A program made the position numbers and the translations under genes. Under the pieces are notes generated by a model. That model worked only from the letters and a program-made list of their open reading frames with translations, was not told the origin of the DNA and did no database searches. From positions 144,849 through 208,848 of the forward strand of contig JBCCHT010000023.1 of NCBI GenBank assembly GCA_039028615.1: a DNA stretch of 64,000 nt. The letters are read 5' to 3'. Of the stretch, positions 50,656 to 59,763 are shown one piece after another (positions within the stretch are counted from its first letter, which is position 1; the number at the start of each line of letters is the position of its first letter). The DNA comes from Myxococcota bacterium (lineage in GTDB: Bacteria; Myxococcota_A; Polyangia; Nannocystales; Nannocystaceae).

Positions 50656-51579
50656 CTACTCGGCCGTGTGCAGCGTGACCACGTTGAAGGTGACCGGCGA
50701 GATGTCGCAGGTCTTGGGCAACGCGACGTACTCACGGGCCTGCCCCACCCACGCCTGGAAGCTCGCATCGGCCAGCTCCAACAGCTGGTGGGTGCCGCTC
50801 AGCACCGAGAGCGTCTCGCCGCCGACCTCGAAGTCGACCGACAGCCAGTTCTGCGCGCCGCAGGGATCGGGGCCGAAGGGCGAGTCGATCTCGTAGGGTC
50901 CGCAGACCTCCTTCGACTCGCTCATGTTCCAGGGCAGCGAGAGCATCCCGCGGTTGGGAGCGAGCTGCGAGCTCTGCTGCAGGAACATGCTGGAGCCGTC
51001 GTAGTCGAGCTGGATCCACAGGTCGGGCCAGCCCAGCCAGCCCGGCTCGTGGTGGAGCTGAGTGTCGACGGTCGTGCCCACGGCGGGGAGCGTGACCGCG
51101 GGCGTCATCGGGATCTCGAGCGCGAACGAGACGCTCGGGCAGTCGAGCCGCAAGGTCCCGGGTGCGCCCATGCCCACGGTGCAGGACTCGTCGAGATCGG
51201 TGGGCAGGTCGTTGGGGAAGTCGCCGTCGATGACCTGGATCAGCCAAAAGCCGATGTCCTGTCCGCCCTCGTCACAGCTCGCCCCTTCGCCTCCGCTCGA
51301 GTCGGAGCCTTCGGACGTGCCGGAGGAATCGGGGTCGTCGCTGGTCGAGGTGGACGAGTCGGTCTCGGCCGAGCCCGAGGAAGAGGAAGAAGAAGTCGAG
51401 GCCTCGGGCGGCGTCACGGCGGCGGTGGAGCTGCCCGTGTCGCTGGTGGAATCGGTCGCCGCGGTCGAGGTGCCGTCGGCGGTGGAGGACGCCTCGTCGT
51501 CGCCACAGGCACCCATGGCGAGCGCCGTGAACAGCGAGAGCGTCGCGGTGGAGATTCGATTAATGGGGGAAGAAGCCAT
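50656..51579 (-). CDS. Hypothetical lipoprotein
   Basis: Lipobox MGAC; Ser/Thr-rich linker; beta-rich C-terminal domain. Confidence 0.75.
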   Translation of the reverse strand: MASSPINRISTATLSLFTALAMGACGDDEASSTADGTSTAATDSTSDTGSSTAAVTPPEASTSSSSSSGSAETDSSTSTSDDPDSSGTSEGSDSSGGEGASCDEGGQDIGFWLIQVIDGDFPNDLPTDLDESCTVGMGAPGTLRLDCPSVSFALEIPMTPAVTLPAVGTTVDTQLHHEPGWLGWPDLWIQLDYDGSSMFLQQSSQLAPNRGMLSLPWNMSESKEVCGPYEIDSPFGPDPCGAQNWLSVDFEVGGETLSVLSGTHQLLELADASFQAWVGQAREYVALPKTCDISPVTFNVVTLHTAE

Positions 51580-52016
51580 TGGCCGCGCAGGCTAGCCGCC
51601 GCACCGATTTTCGCCACAAACGTCGTTCGCAGTGGCTTTAGAGGCGCCACGCCGGGTCGTGATCGCGCCGCGAGTGAGCCCTGGCGCACGTCGAAAGGGC
51701 CGTCAGACCCGGTTTGAGGGCCCCCGAGTGCGATTTGGCAATTCATCCCGTGTGTTTCCTTCACCGTCCGAGTGGTGCGTTTGCGGCCTCGGCGGGCGTC
51801 GACCCACCGCAGCGGCGGAAGCGCTGCCCACCTTCGCTCGTCCCCGCACCAAGGCCAGATCGGGTGCCAACCGCGCTCAGAGGGATCACGAGGCCCCGCG
51901 GCCGTTTTTCGGGTTTTCCCCGATGACGTTAAAGCCTTTTGAAATCGGCGACTTGAACCCGCATACAAAATTACACAAGTACGTTTGTAGACTACATGTG
52001 GGATAGAGCGAGCGAA

Positions 52017-53711
52017 ATGAACCGCATCGCTATGAAATGTTCGGTCCCCGCCACGCTCATCGCGTTGGGTCTCGGGGCAACCGCATGCACCACGACCGCC
52101 GACGCCGACGAAGCCACTGCGGGTGGCAGCTGCAACGGCGCCAAATGTGACAGCGTCGAAGATGTCGACGTCGACGTCACCGACTCCGACGAGTTCACGC
52201 CGCACGACTATTGCGTGGGCGTTCGCGGCAACGGCCCGCTCATCACCAGCCACTTCGCGTCCCTCGCTCGCATCATCGAGCACTATGGTCTGGCCTCGGG
52301 GGTCTCGGGCGGCAGCTCGGGTTCGGTCTCGTCGTTCATGCTCGAGTCGATCCAGATGAACCCCGCGGTGACCCAGTGCGGCGCCGCGTCGTGCACCCCC
52401 GAGCAAGCGGCCAATCGCGCCTCCCTGCTGCTCAAGAGCATCCGCGGCTATGTCGATGTCCTGGGCACCACGGAGGAAGCGGCCGCGCTGAACCTGCTCG
52501 CCCCGCTGATGCGGGCGATCACCCAGGGCAACCTCGAAGAGCTGGCGCAGACCGATCCCGAGGCGGCCCGCGATGCCCTGGTCGCGCTGCTGGAGTCCGA
52601 CGACCTGCGCAGCCTCATCAACCCCGAGCTCGTCGAGTTGCTCGAGAACTCGCCCGACCCCGCCTATCACGTGCAGGACATCCTCGGGGGGCTCACCGCC
52701 GCGGTGAACTTCCAGGCGGACAGCCCCGACATTCTCATGCGCCCGGGTCTCATCGACTTCGAGGCGCTCGGGGAGAAGTTCGGTCGCATCGCCAGCTTCT
52801 ACGCGGGCTATGGCCGCTACGACGACACGGGCTTCGAGACCTTCATGGCCTCGTGCGCGGACCCGGGGCGCGGCCTTTTGTGGCCGGCCATCGCCGCCAT
52901 TCGGACTGACAGCGGATCGACCTGCGGAGAGATCTACGAGCGGCTGGCCACCGAGTGGCGGGCGGACTTCGTCGCCAACGAAGACACCCTGCACTCGCGC
53001 ATCGACGACCCCGTGGGCGCCAGCCTGTCCGCGCTCATCTCGACCTCGGTCATCACGGGAGAGAGTGCCAAGCGCTGGTCCGAGGCCCGCGACCTGTACT
53101 TCGCGGCCGAGGACTACACCCTCGAGATCGACTTCGACGAGGTGCGCTTCGGCTACTGGGGCACGGCCGAAGATCTGCAGCAGGTCGGCAACAACCCCAT
53201 GCGATTCGACGACGGCAAGACCGAGCGCTTCATGTCGCTCGGCGACGGCACCTGGCGCGAGGCCCTGTCGTACTCCCCCGCCGAGCCCGGCCTGACCCGA
53301 GCCCAAGAGCTCCCCGATGGCGTCAACGTCTCGGCCGGCGGCTGGTCCGACCTTCACCCCACCCTCGTGCTGCGCAACATGGGCTGCGAGGACATCATCT
53401 ACGTCAATCGCGTGGGCGGCGAGGCGGGCAGCTTCGCCCTCGGCGTCGCCACCCTGCTCGGCATGGACGAGGAGACCAGCGACGACCTGTACGGCCACGA
53501 GGGCGACAGCGCCTTCAACCGCTCACTGCGGGAGGCCGATGCGATCTGGTGCACCAACTGGAACGACCTGTCGGCGGCCAACGTCGACGAGGTGATGCAG
53601 GACGGCTTCAACGCCCCCATGGTCACCGACGACCCGACTTTCACCGCGGGCGCGCAGGCGTACGAAAACATCGACCCCGACAACACGTCACTCGGCTGCG
53701 CGGTGCAGTAA
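52017..53711 (+). CDS. Lipoprotein with patatin-like motifs
   Basis: Lipobox ATAC; GAKCD myxobacterial motif; GVRGNG and GGSSG (GxSxG); start 52017 or 52032. Confidence 0.65.
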   Translation: MNRIAMKCSVPATLIALGLGATACTTTADADEATAGGSCNGAKCDSVEDVDVDVTDSDEFTPHDYCVGVRGNGPLITSHFASLARIIEHYGLASGVSGGSSGSVSSFMLESIQMNPAVTQCGAASCTPEQAANRASLLLKSIRGYVDVLGTTEEAAALNLLAPLMRAITQGNLEELAQTDPEAARDALVALLESDDLRSLINPELVELLENSPDPAYHVQDILGGLTAAVNFQADSPDILMRPGLIDFEALGEKFGRIASFYAGYGRYDDTGFETFMASCADPGRGLLWPAIAAIRTDSGSTCGEIYERLATEWRADFVANEDTLHSRIDDPVGASLSALISTSVITGESAKRWSEARDLYFAAEDYTLEIDFDEVRFGYWGTAEDLQQVGNNPMRFDDGKTERFMSLGDGTWREALSYSPAEPGLTRAQELPDGVNVSAGGWSDLHPTLVLRNMGCEDIIYVNRVGGEAGSFALGVATLLGMDEETSDDLYGHEGDSAFNRSLREADAIWCTNWNDLSAANVDEVMQDGFNAPMVTDDPTFTAGAQAYENIDPDNTSLGCAVQ

Positions 53712-53768
53712 CGATCCCCTGACCGGCCATGGCCGGAACCCCCTGCCGGGTGGAGGCCGACCCAGCCT

Positions 53769-54356
53769 TCACCCGGCTTTTTTTGGGCTCAGGTGATCGA
53801 GCAGGGCACCGATGACTTCGTGGCTGCCCGATACGCTGAGCTTTTCCTCTTGGGTCATCTCGGCGTAGGTGCGTGCGGGGCGGGATGGATCGGGTTGATC
53901 GTCGGGGATGAACAACGGGTCCCAGTGGAAGCCCGCGGAGCCGCGGGGCTGCTCGGCGATGACGCCCTTCCGCTCGACCTGGAAGACCTTCCGTGTCCGG
54001 CCATCGCAGTAACACGCTCCCCGGAGGGAAACCGCTCCCCGGTCTACGCCGGGTGGGATCTTCGCGCCGAGGTCCTGCTCCATCGCTCGCCAAAACGGCT
54101 GGACGAGCGTGCCCGGGAGGAGGTTGAAGTAGTTGATCTGCAGCCCCCCGTGCTCGACGAACACGGGGGCTCGCACGTGCTCCCAGGCCTTCAGGGCTTT
54201 TTCGCGGATCAGCTTGTCGTGGTCCGTCTCGAGGATCTCCTCGATTTCGTATTTTCCCCAGAGAACCTCGATGTCGCGGCCGGCCTTCAGCTTCGCGACG
54301 ATGGCCTCGCACTCCTCCCACTTGCGCTCGTTCTTGGTGACGAAAAAGACCCGCAT
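53769..54356 (-). CDS. Ham1/ITPase-family protein with degenerate catalytic motifs (KomB-like)
   Basis: FVTKNERKWEE, IEEI, KA, FVEHGGL, LPG, GFHWDPLF, TYAEMTQEEK; ATG 1 nt after the SIR2 stop with GGAGG SD. Confidence 0.88.
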   Translation of the reverse strand: MRVFFVTKNERKWEECEAIVAKLKAGRDIEVLWGKYEIEEILETDHDKLIREKALKAWEHVRAPVFVEHGGLQINYFNLLPGTLVQPFWRAMEQDLGAKIPPGVDRGAVSLRGACYCDGRTRKVFQVERKGVIAEQPRGSAGFHWDPLFIPDDQPDPSRPARTYAEMTQEEKLSVSGSHEVIGALLDHLSPKKAG

Positions 54357-54357
54357 C

Positions 54358-55209
54358 TCAAGGCCCTCCCAGCTTCTCGAGGAAGTCGGAGATCTGTTGC
54401 GAGTGGTTGCGAGGCTCCAGCACCACCGCGTCGATGCCCCACTGCTCGAGCAAAGCTCGCTGCACCTCACCGAGCTCGAACGCCACGTAGTAGCTCCGAT
54501 GCTCGAGCTGCTCACCGTAGTCCTTCGCCATGCGGTGCATGCGATGCCAGATGTAGCGGGTGTTGCGGTCGCTGAACCGATAGCCCATGAACAGGAACGA
54601 GTTGCCGAGCAGGTCGGCGCGTAGCCGCTGGTCGAAGGGCGACTCGAGAGCAAAGCGGTCGAAGTAGTCGCCTTCGGTGAGCACCAGCCGATGGCCCCCC
54701 GCGGCGGCCGTCTCCAGGTCGCCGTGGAACTTGAGCACTTCGACCGCGCCCTCGGGCACAGGGGCAGAAAAGTCGCCCAGCGTCGATCTCACCACCGTCG
54801 GCCGCTTCATGTCCTCGAAGGCTCGCTCGATGTGGTGCTCGTAGTTGGTGGTGTAGACGGTGCGGATCTCGGTCAGCCCCGCGAGGCTCTTGTGCTGGAT
54901 CGACGCCACCCGTTTTTTGTCTGCCTTGGTCGAATGGAAGCTCTTGTTCATCCAGTCGACCAGTTCTTTGACCCCCTCCTTCTTTCTCAGCTCGTAGTAG
55001 CCGAGCAGCTCCGGGTTGTCGCCGTGCAGTTCGAACAGCTCGGGCTCGAACCCCAGTTCTTTGGCCGCGACCGCCACCAGCTCGTCCCACAGCGGAAGCC
55101 CCAGAGGCAGCGAAAACCCAGCGCCGATGAACGGGATGAGTCGACCGTCGCGGTAGCGCTCGCGAATCTTCGCGACCATCACCTCTTGCTCGGCCAACGC
55201 TGACGTCAC
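54358..55209 (-). CDS. Standalone SIR2-like NADase domain protein (KomC-like)
   Basis: PFIGAGFS, LPLWDEL, YTTNYE, KFHGD, LVLTEGDY, FLFMGYRFSD; start GTG 55209 or ATG 55179. Confidence 0.9.
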   Translation of the reverse strand: MTSALAEQEVMVAKIRERYRDGRLIPFIGAGFSLPLGLPLWDELVAVAAKELGFEPELFELHGDNPELLGYYELRKKEGVKELVDWMNKSFHSTKADKKRVASIQHKSLAGLTEIRTVYTTNYEHHIERAFEDMKRPTVVRSTLGDFSAPVPEGAVEVLKFHGDLETAAAGGHRLVLTEGDYFDRFALESPFDQRLRADLLGNSFLFMGYRFSDRNTRYIWHRMHRMAKDYGEQLEHRSYYVAFELGEVQRALLEQWGIDAVVLEPRNHSQQISDFLEKLGGP

Positions 55210-55288
55210 GCCCTCAACATACCACCGGGGACACGACCTCCCGCGAAGAGATCGTGCCCCCGATGGGCCACCGATGAGTCCCCCGGGA

Positions 55289-57250
55289 CTACTGGGGCAC
55301 GGTGCAGCCGAGTCCGTCGAGGTTGCCCGGCGTGTTGTCTTCGACCACGGAGTTGGTGCACTCGACGACCGCGTAGCCATCCTGGTTGACAATGCCGCCC
55401 GCCGCCAAGCCGGAGGAGTGATTGTCCGTCACGTAGAGGCCATCGAGGGTCGCCGTCATGCCCTGCCAGTGGTCGGGGTTTTGGTGGGCCCGCAGGAGAA
55501 ACCCGGTGAACGCGTCGTCGTTGCCGTGGACCCGCGTGTTGGTGACGGTGGCCTCCTGCACGTAGGACAAGAAGATCTGGTACTCGCCGTTGTTCCGAAA
55601 CTCCGAGTTGGTGATCACGATGCCGTCGTCTTGGGTCGCCCGCATCCCCGCGCGCCCGTTGTTCTCGGCGCACACGTTGTCCCAGATCCCGTCCCCGGGA
55701 ATCGCTCGCGCCGACGATCCCAGGCCATTTCGGCCGTTGTCGTTGAACCCGAACTGGGTGTTGTTGCGGGCCCAGATGTTCGTGGCCTGGATGAAGTTCT
55801 TGTGCCGGGCCACCACCCCGTACTCGGACAGCTCCACGCCGATGTCGTCGAGGGTCATGTTCGAGCGGTGAATGTTCGACTGGATCCCTCGCAAGGCGCC
55901 GCGAATGGTCAGCCCGGAGATGTTCGTCAGCCCCGTCGAGTCCGCTCGCACCCCGAGGTGCGTGAAGCCTCCCGCGTGCAGCAGGTCGATCACCGTGAGT
56001 TCAGAGCCTGCCCCCGTGATCGTGACGTCGGCCTGGCCAGCCAGCTCCACCGAAAGCGGATAGGTGCCTTCACACAGCGTGAGGGTCGCGTCTTCGTTGA
56101 TGAACAGCTCGTAGGGCGCCCCGGGGATCGCCGCCATCACGTCCGCGGTGAGATCGACGACCCCGTCGGCGGTCTCGTAGAGCACACACTCGCTGCCCGG
56201 CGTGGGATGAGGCTCGACCCGACCGTCGCAGGCGCTGGGGGGAGGCGGCACGTAGCCCGGCGGCCACTGAATCGGCACGTTCGCGGTGATCCACAGCCCC
56301 TGGCCCGGCTCGATGGCGAAGTTCGTGCCCCAGCCCGGCGTGTAGTAGTGCACGAGCGTCTGCGTCGCGGTGTCCAGGGTGGTGATGGAGTGGACCCCCG
56401 GCATCTGCTCGAGCAGGCCATCGGCGTCGGTGGGCTCGAGGGACAACGGAGCCGCCAGCACCACGCCATTGGTGGGCAACATCATCGCCAGGTCGGCGTC
56501 CACGGGCACGAGCCCCAGCAGCCGGAACGAGGTCGGCGGCCCCGCGTTGAACACGGTCGGCGCCGCACCGAAGTCCCACGTGAAGTTCGCCTCGCCCATG
56601 CCGCGCCAGATGTTGAAGCCGCTGTCGTTGTCGTTGAAGGTCCAGATCTCGGTGAACTCGGGGTACGCCGCGTTGAGATCCTCGGCGTTGTTGAGACCCG
56701 CTTCGAGCAGCACCATCCCCACGTTGTTGTAGCCAGAGACCAGCGGCTGCACGCGCATCCCCGCCGTCGTCGAGGTGTCCGAAGCATCGCTGGTGATCCG
56801 CCAGTAGCGGCTCACCTCGGCCGCCCCTGCCCCTGCGATCGTGAACGACTCGGTGCCGCCCGTCGCGATGACCACCGAGCCCGCATCTCCCGGCGCAAAG
56901 TAGGGGTCGCTCGACTCCCACAGCGAGTACGACGTGGCGTTGGGCTGGGCGTCGAAGTCGATCTGCACGTCGTCACCGACCGCCGTGACGTCGAGGTCGA
57001 AGCCTGCCACCTGAGCCACCGGGCCAAAGGGTCCGGCCACGTCCCCGGCCGCCTCCGGCCGCGCGCCGTCCAGGTCGACCTCACCGAGCTCCATCTCGGC
57101 CACCTCGCGATCGATCTCCTCGCCTCCACAACTCGCAGCCGCGAGGGCCACCATCGCACCCAGTGCCACCCCGGCACGACGGGCGATGTCGCCCTTGCCC
57201 GTCGATGCAATTCCCCCCGCAACGCTCAGATTTCGATGATTTCGTCCCAT
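55289..57250 (-). CDS. Lipoprotein with right-handed parallel beta-helix repeats
   Basis: Lipobox AASC; Asn-rich repeats (ITNSEFRNN, VTNTRVHGN, VTDN, VEDN). Confidence 0.75.
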   Translation of the reverse strand: MGRNHRNLSVAGGIASTGKGDIARRAGVALGAMVALAAASCGGEEIDREVAEMELGEVDLDGARPEAAGDVAGPFGPVAQVAGFDLDVTAVGDDVQIDFDAQPNATSYSLWESSDPYFAPGDAGSVVIATGGTESFTIAGAGAAEVSRYWRITSDASDTSTTAGMRVQPLVSGYNNVGMVLLEAGLNNAEDLNAAYPEFTEIWTFNDNDSGFNIWRGMGEANFTWDFGAAPTVFNAGPPTSFRLLGLVPVDADLAMMLPTNGVVLAAPLSLEPTDADGLLEQMPGVHSITTLDTATQTLVHYYTPGWGTNFAIEPGQGLWITANVPIQWPPGYVPPPPSACDGRVEPHPTPGSECVLYETADGVVDLTADVMAAIPGAPYELFINEDATLTLCEGTYPLSVELAGQADVTITGAGSELTVIDLLHAGGFTHLGVRADSTGLTNISGLTIRGALRGIQSNIHRSNMTLDDIGVELSEYGVVARHKNFIQATNIWARNNTQFGFNDNGRNGLGSSARAIPGDGIWDNVCAENNGRAGMRATQDDGIVITNSEFRNNGEYQIFLSYVQEATVTNTRVHGNDDAFTGFLLRAHQNPDHWQGMTATLDGLYVTDNHSSGLAAGGIVNQDGYAVVECTNSVVEDNTPGNLDGLGCTVPQ

Positions 57251-57418
57251 GACTCGTCTCTTTCCCGTTGGTCCAGGCGCCCCGTTTCGAGCGCGACGGA
57301 GCAGTGCCGAGCCGAACTCGAATCGATTGCGAGATTCCGAAAAAAATTCTCAACGGTGTTCACACCCACGGAACGACGCGGCCGTTGGCGGCATGGTGAA
57401 GACGTGTCGATTGCCGCG

Positions 57419-58027
57419 ATGAGCGAGCCCCAGCTGCTGGCGGCGTGGGGCGAAGGCCAGGGTCCTGCGGGAGAGGAGCTGTTTCGTCGCCACTACGACG
57501 GCATCGCTCGCTTCTTCCGCAACAAGGCGCCCCCCGATGCCCAGGAAGATCTAATCCAGAACACCTTCCTCGCCTGCGTCGAGTCCCGCGCCAAGTTCCG
57601 CGGCGACGGCAGCCTACGCTCCTTCCTCTTTTCCATCGCCCACCACGTGCTCTGCCGTCACTACCGCAAGCGGCGTGGGGTGCAGGTGCCGCTCGATACC
57701 GGCAAGGTCTCCGCCCAGGACCTCTCGCCCGGCGTCTCCACCCTGTGGGCCAAGCATGCCCGTCACCGCCAGCTGCTCGACGCCCTGCAGCGCATCCCCT
57801 TGGACTACCAGGTCGTGCTCGAGCTGTACTACTGGGAGTCGATGCCCGCGGGGCAGGTGGCCGAGAGCCTCGGCATCCCCTTGGGCACCGCCCGCACCCG
57901 AATCCGCCGCGGCCGACAGCTCGTGGAGGAGCAGCTCGCCCTCACCGAGACGCCGGACGCGAAGGAGCCGATCGACCTCGACCGCCGCGCGGCGGAGGTC
58001 CGGCGTCAGCTAACGCAAGAGGTCTGA
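57419..58027 (+). CDS. ECF sigma factor
   Basis: QEDLIQNTFLAC, FRGDGSLRSFLFSIA, LGIPLGTARTRIRRGR; paralogous to the ECFs at 37688 and 22453. Confidence 0.92.
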   Translation: MSEPQLLAAWGEGQGPAGEELFRRHYDGIARFFRNKAPPDAQEDLIQNTFLACVESRAKFRGDGSLRSFLFSIAHHVLCRHYRKRRGVQVPLDTGKVSAQDLSPGVSTLWAKHARHRQLLDALQRIPLDYQVVLELYYWESMPAGQVAESLGIPLGTARTRIRRGRQLVEEQLALTETPDAKEPIDLDRRAAEVRRQLTQEV

Positions 58028-58033
58028 GCGCGC

Positions 58034-59134
58034 TCAGTCGAGGTTGAAGCTGCCGCAGCCTCGGCCCACGCCGCCGCCACACAGCACCCGCTCCTCGAAG
58101 AAGCCGTAGGCAAGCTCGGCGTACTCGTAGGACCCGCCGCAACAGTGACCCGAGCACGCGGTGGTGGAGAAGTCGACCTCGTTGCCGAAGCCCATCAGCG
58201 CCTCGGAGTTGGACTGCGCGGAGTCGTAGAGGAAGTCGTCGGCCGCGATCTCGAAGCGCGTGGGGAGCCGGCAGGCCTCGGTCGAGGGCTCGATGTAGTC
58301 GGGGCTGCTGGCGGAGCCACAGCTGAGCTGGACGGCGGCGAACACCTCTTGGAAGCGATAGAAGATGCGACCGCCGATCCACGCCCCCGCGGAGACCCCC
58401 GTGCCATAGGTGCGCTCGATGTCGATGTCATAGCGCGAGCCGACGTCGTCGAGGATGTTGCGCAGGTACGCGTCGGTCTGCGGCTGGTAGTTGTCCCAGC
58501 CGTTGTCCGACTGGCCACCATCGACCTGCTGATGGGGCTCGCGCGGGGTGACGAGGATGAAGCTGGGGTCGCTGTCCCAGTAGTTGCCCCACTGACCGCT
58601 GACCGCCCCGGGGTTGCCCTCGTCGCCGTGCAGCGAGATGACCAGGGGCAGCGGGGTATCACCAGGCGGCGGCGCGAGCACGTCGTACTGGCCGCTGGTG
58701 ACCTCGACGCCATCGTAGGTGGTGGTGCCCGGGGGATATGCGACTTCGTAGGTCGTCCAGCGACCGGTCACGCCTCCCTCGCCGCAGGTGTGGAAGAAGG
58801 TGTCTTCGTTGAGGGTACACGAGGTGCTGCACTCGTCGTCGTCGTCGGCATTGCCGTCGTCGCACTCTTCTCCGGGATCGACGACTCCGTCGCCACAGGT
58901 GCCCGCGGGGTCTCCGGTATCGACGTTGGGACCGGTGCCGTCGTCGGCTCCCGTGTCCTCGGGGTTGTCGCTGGTGCCCGGTTGGCTGACGTCGTCGGTC
59001 TCGGCTCCGCCGTCGGTCATGTCGGTGTCGCCACCCGTGGCCGCGCCCGGCTCGAGCCCAGAAGAGTCATCGCCACAGGCGGCGGGAACGAGGACCAGGA
59101 ACAACGACAGCGGGACGGTGGAACGATGGGACAT
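58034..59134 (-). CDS. Lipoprotein: myxobacterial Cys-rich repeat + alpha/beta hydrolase (esterase/PHB depolymerase-like)
   Basis: PAAC lipobox; CGDGVVDPGEECDDGN; PLVISLHG, GVSAG, DIDIERTY. Confidence 0.82.
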   Translation of the reverse strand: MSHRSTVPLSLFLVLVPAACGDDSSGLEPGAATGGDTDMTDGGAETDDVSQPGTSDNPEDTGADDGTGPNVDTGDPAGTCGDGVVDPGEECDDGNADDDDECSTSCTLNEDTFFHTCGEGGVTGRWTTYEVAYPPGTTTYDGVEVTSGQYDVLAPPPGDTPLPLVISLHGDEGNPGAVSGQWGNYWDSDPSFILVTPREPHQQVDGGQSDNGWDNYQPQTDAYLRNILDDVGSRYDIDIERTYGTGVSAGAWIGGRIFYRFQEVFAAVQLSCGSASSPDYIEPSTEACRLPTRFEIAADDFLYDSAQSNSEALMGFGNEVDFSTTACSGHCCGGSYEYAELAYGFFEERVLCGGGVGRGCGSFNLD

Positions 59135-59391
59135 GACGCAGACGCTCTAGGCATGTAGACCGAGGCGCGAAGGGACACCGCCTCGGAAAAGGGGGGGCAC
59201 GACCACTACGACTGATCGTGGCGACGACGATTGTGCCGTGAGTCCCCACTGATGTCGGTACGCGGGGCGACAGGAAAAACCGGCGCCCGCGGAGCTCGGG
59301 GTAATCGCGGTTGGCCCTGCCTCGAAACCGTCTCAGGCTCGTTGAGCGCCGGTCATCATCAGCCCGGCGAGCGTGTGGCATCGTGGGGTCG

Positions 59392-59763
59392 GTGACCCAC
59401 GAAACCGCACTCGCGCTGACGCTGACCATCGAGGGAATCGTCGGGGGCGGCCTGCTGCTCGGGTGGCTGCAGCTACGAAGAGGCGAGCTTGGGCGGGGCA
59501 TCATGATCGTGTTGGCGGCGAGCCTGCTCACCCACCCCGCGGCCTGGCAGGCGAACCGCGTGTGGCTGCTCTCCCTGCCCTTCCCCCCGCGCGCGGCGAT
59601 CATCGAAGTGAGCGTCGCGCTGGTGGAGGCGATGATCCTGCGCTTCGCCCTGCGAGCGATGATCGACGACGGGGCCGAGCGCGTGACGTGGGCGCGATGC
59701 CTGGTGGTGAGCTTCGTGATGAACGCGGCGTCGTTCGGCTATGGCCTGCTGCGATTGCTCTGA
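59392..59763 (+). CDS. Hypothetical membrane protein
   Basis: Four hydrophobic segments; SLLTHP and NAASF motifs; start GTG inferred. Confidence 0.7.
   Translation: MTHETALALTLTIEGIVGGGLLLGWLQLRRGELGRGIMIVLAASLLTHPAAWQANRVWLLSLPFPPRAAIIEVSVALVEAMILRFALRAMIDDGAERVTWARCLVVSFVMNAASFGYGLLRLL

Noticed and set aside
53764..53784. Terminator-like AGCC...GGCT-T run
   Set aside because: The stem is only 4 bp and the T run is the Lys-Lys codons of the Ham1 gene on the other strand.
53769..54653. Possible SIR2-Ham1 fusion by frameshift
   Set aside because: SIR2 has a clean TGA followed by an SD-supported ATG for Ham1, so two coupled genes is the simpler reading.
55274..58027. 917-aa ORF suggesting a giant sigma-factor fusion
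   Set aside because: Only the last 202 aa are the ECF; the rest is antisense to the 55289-57250 gene.
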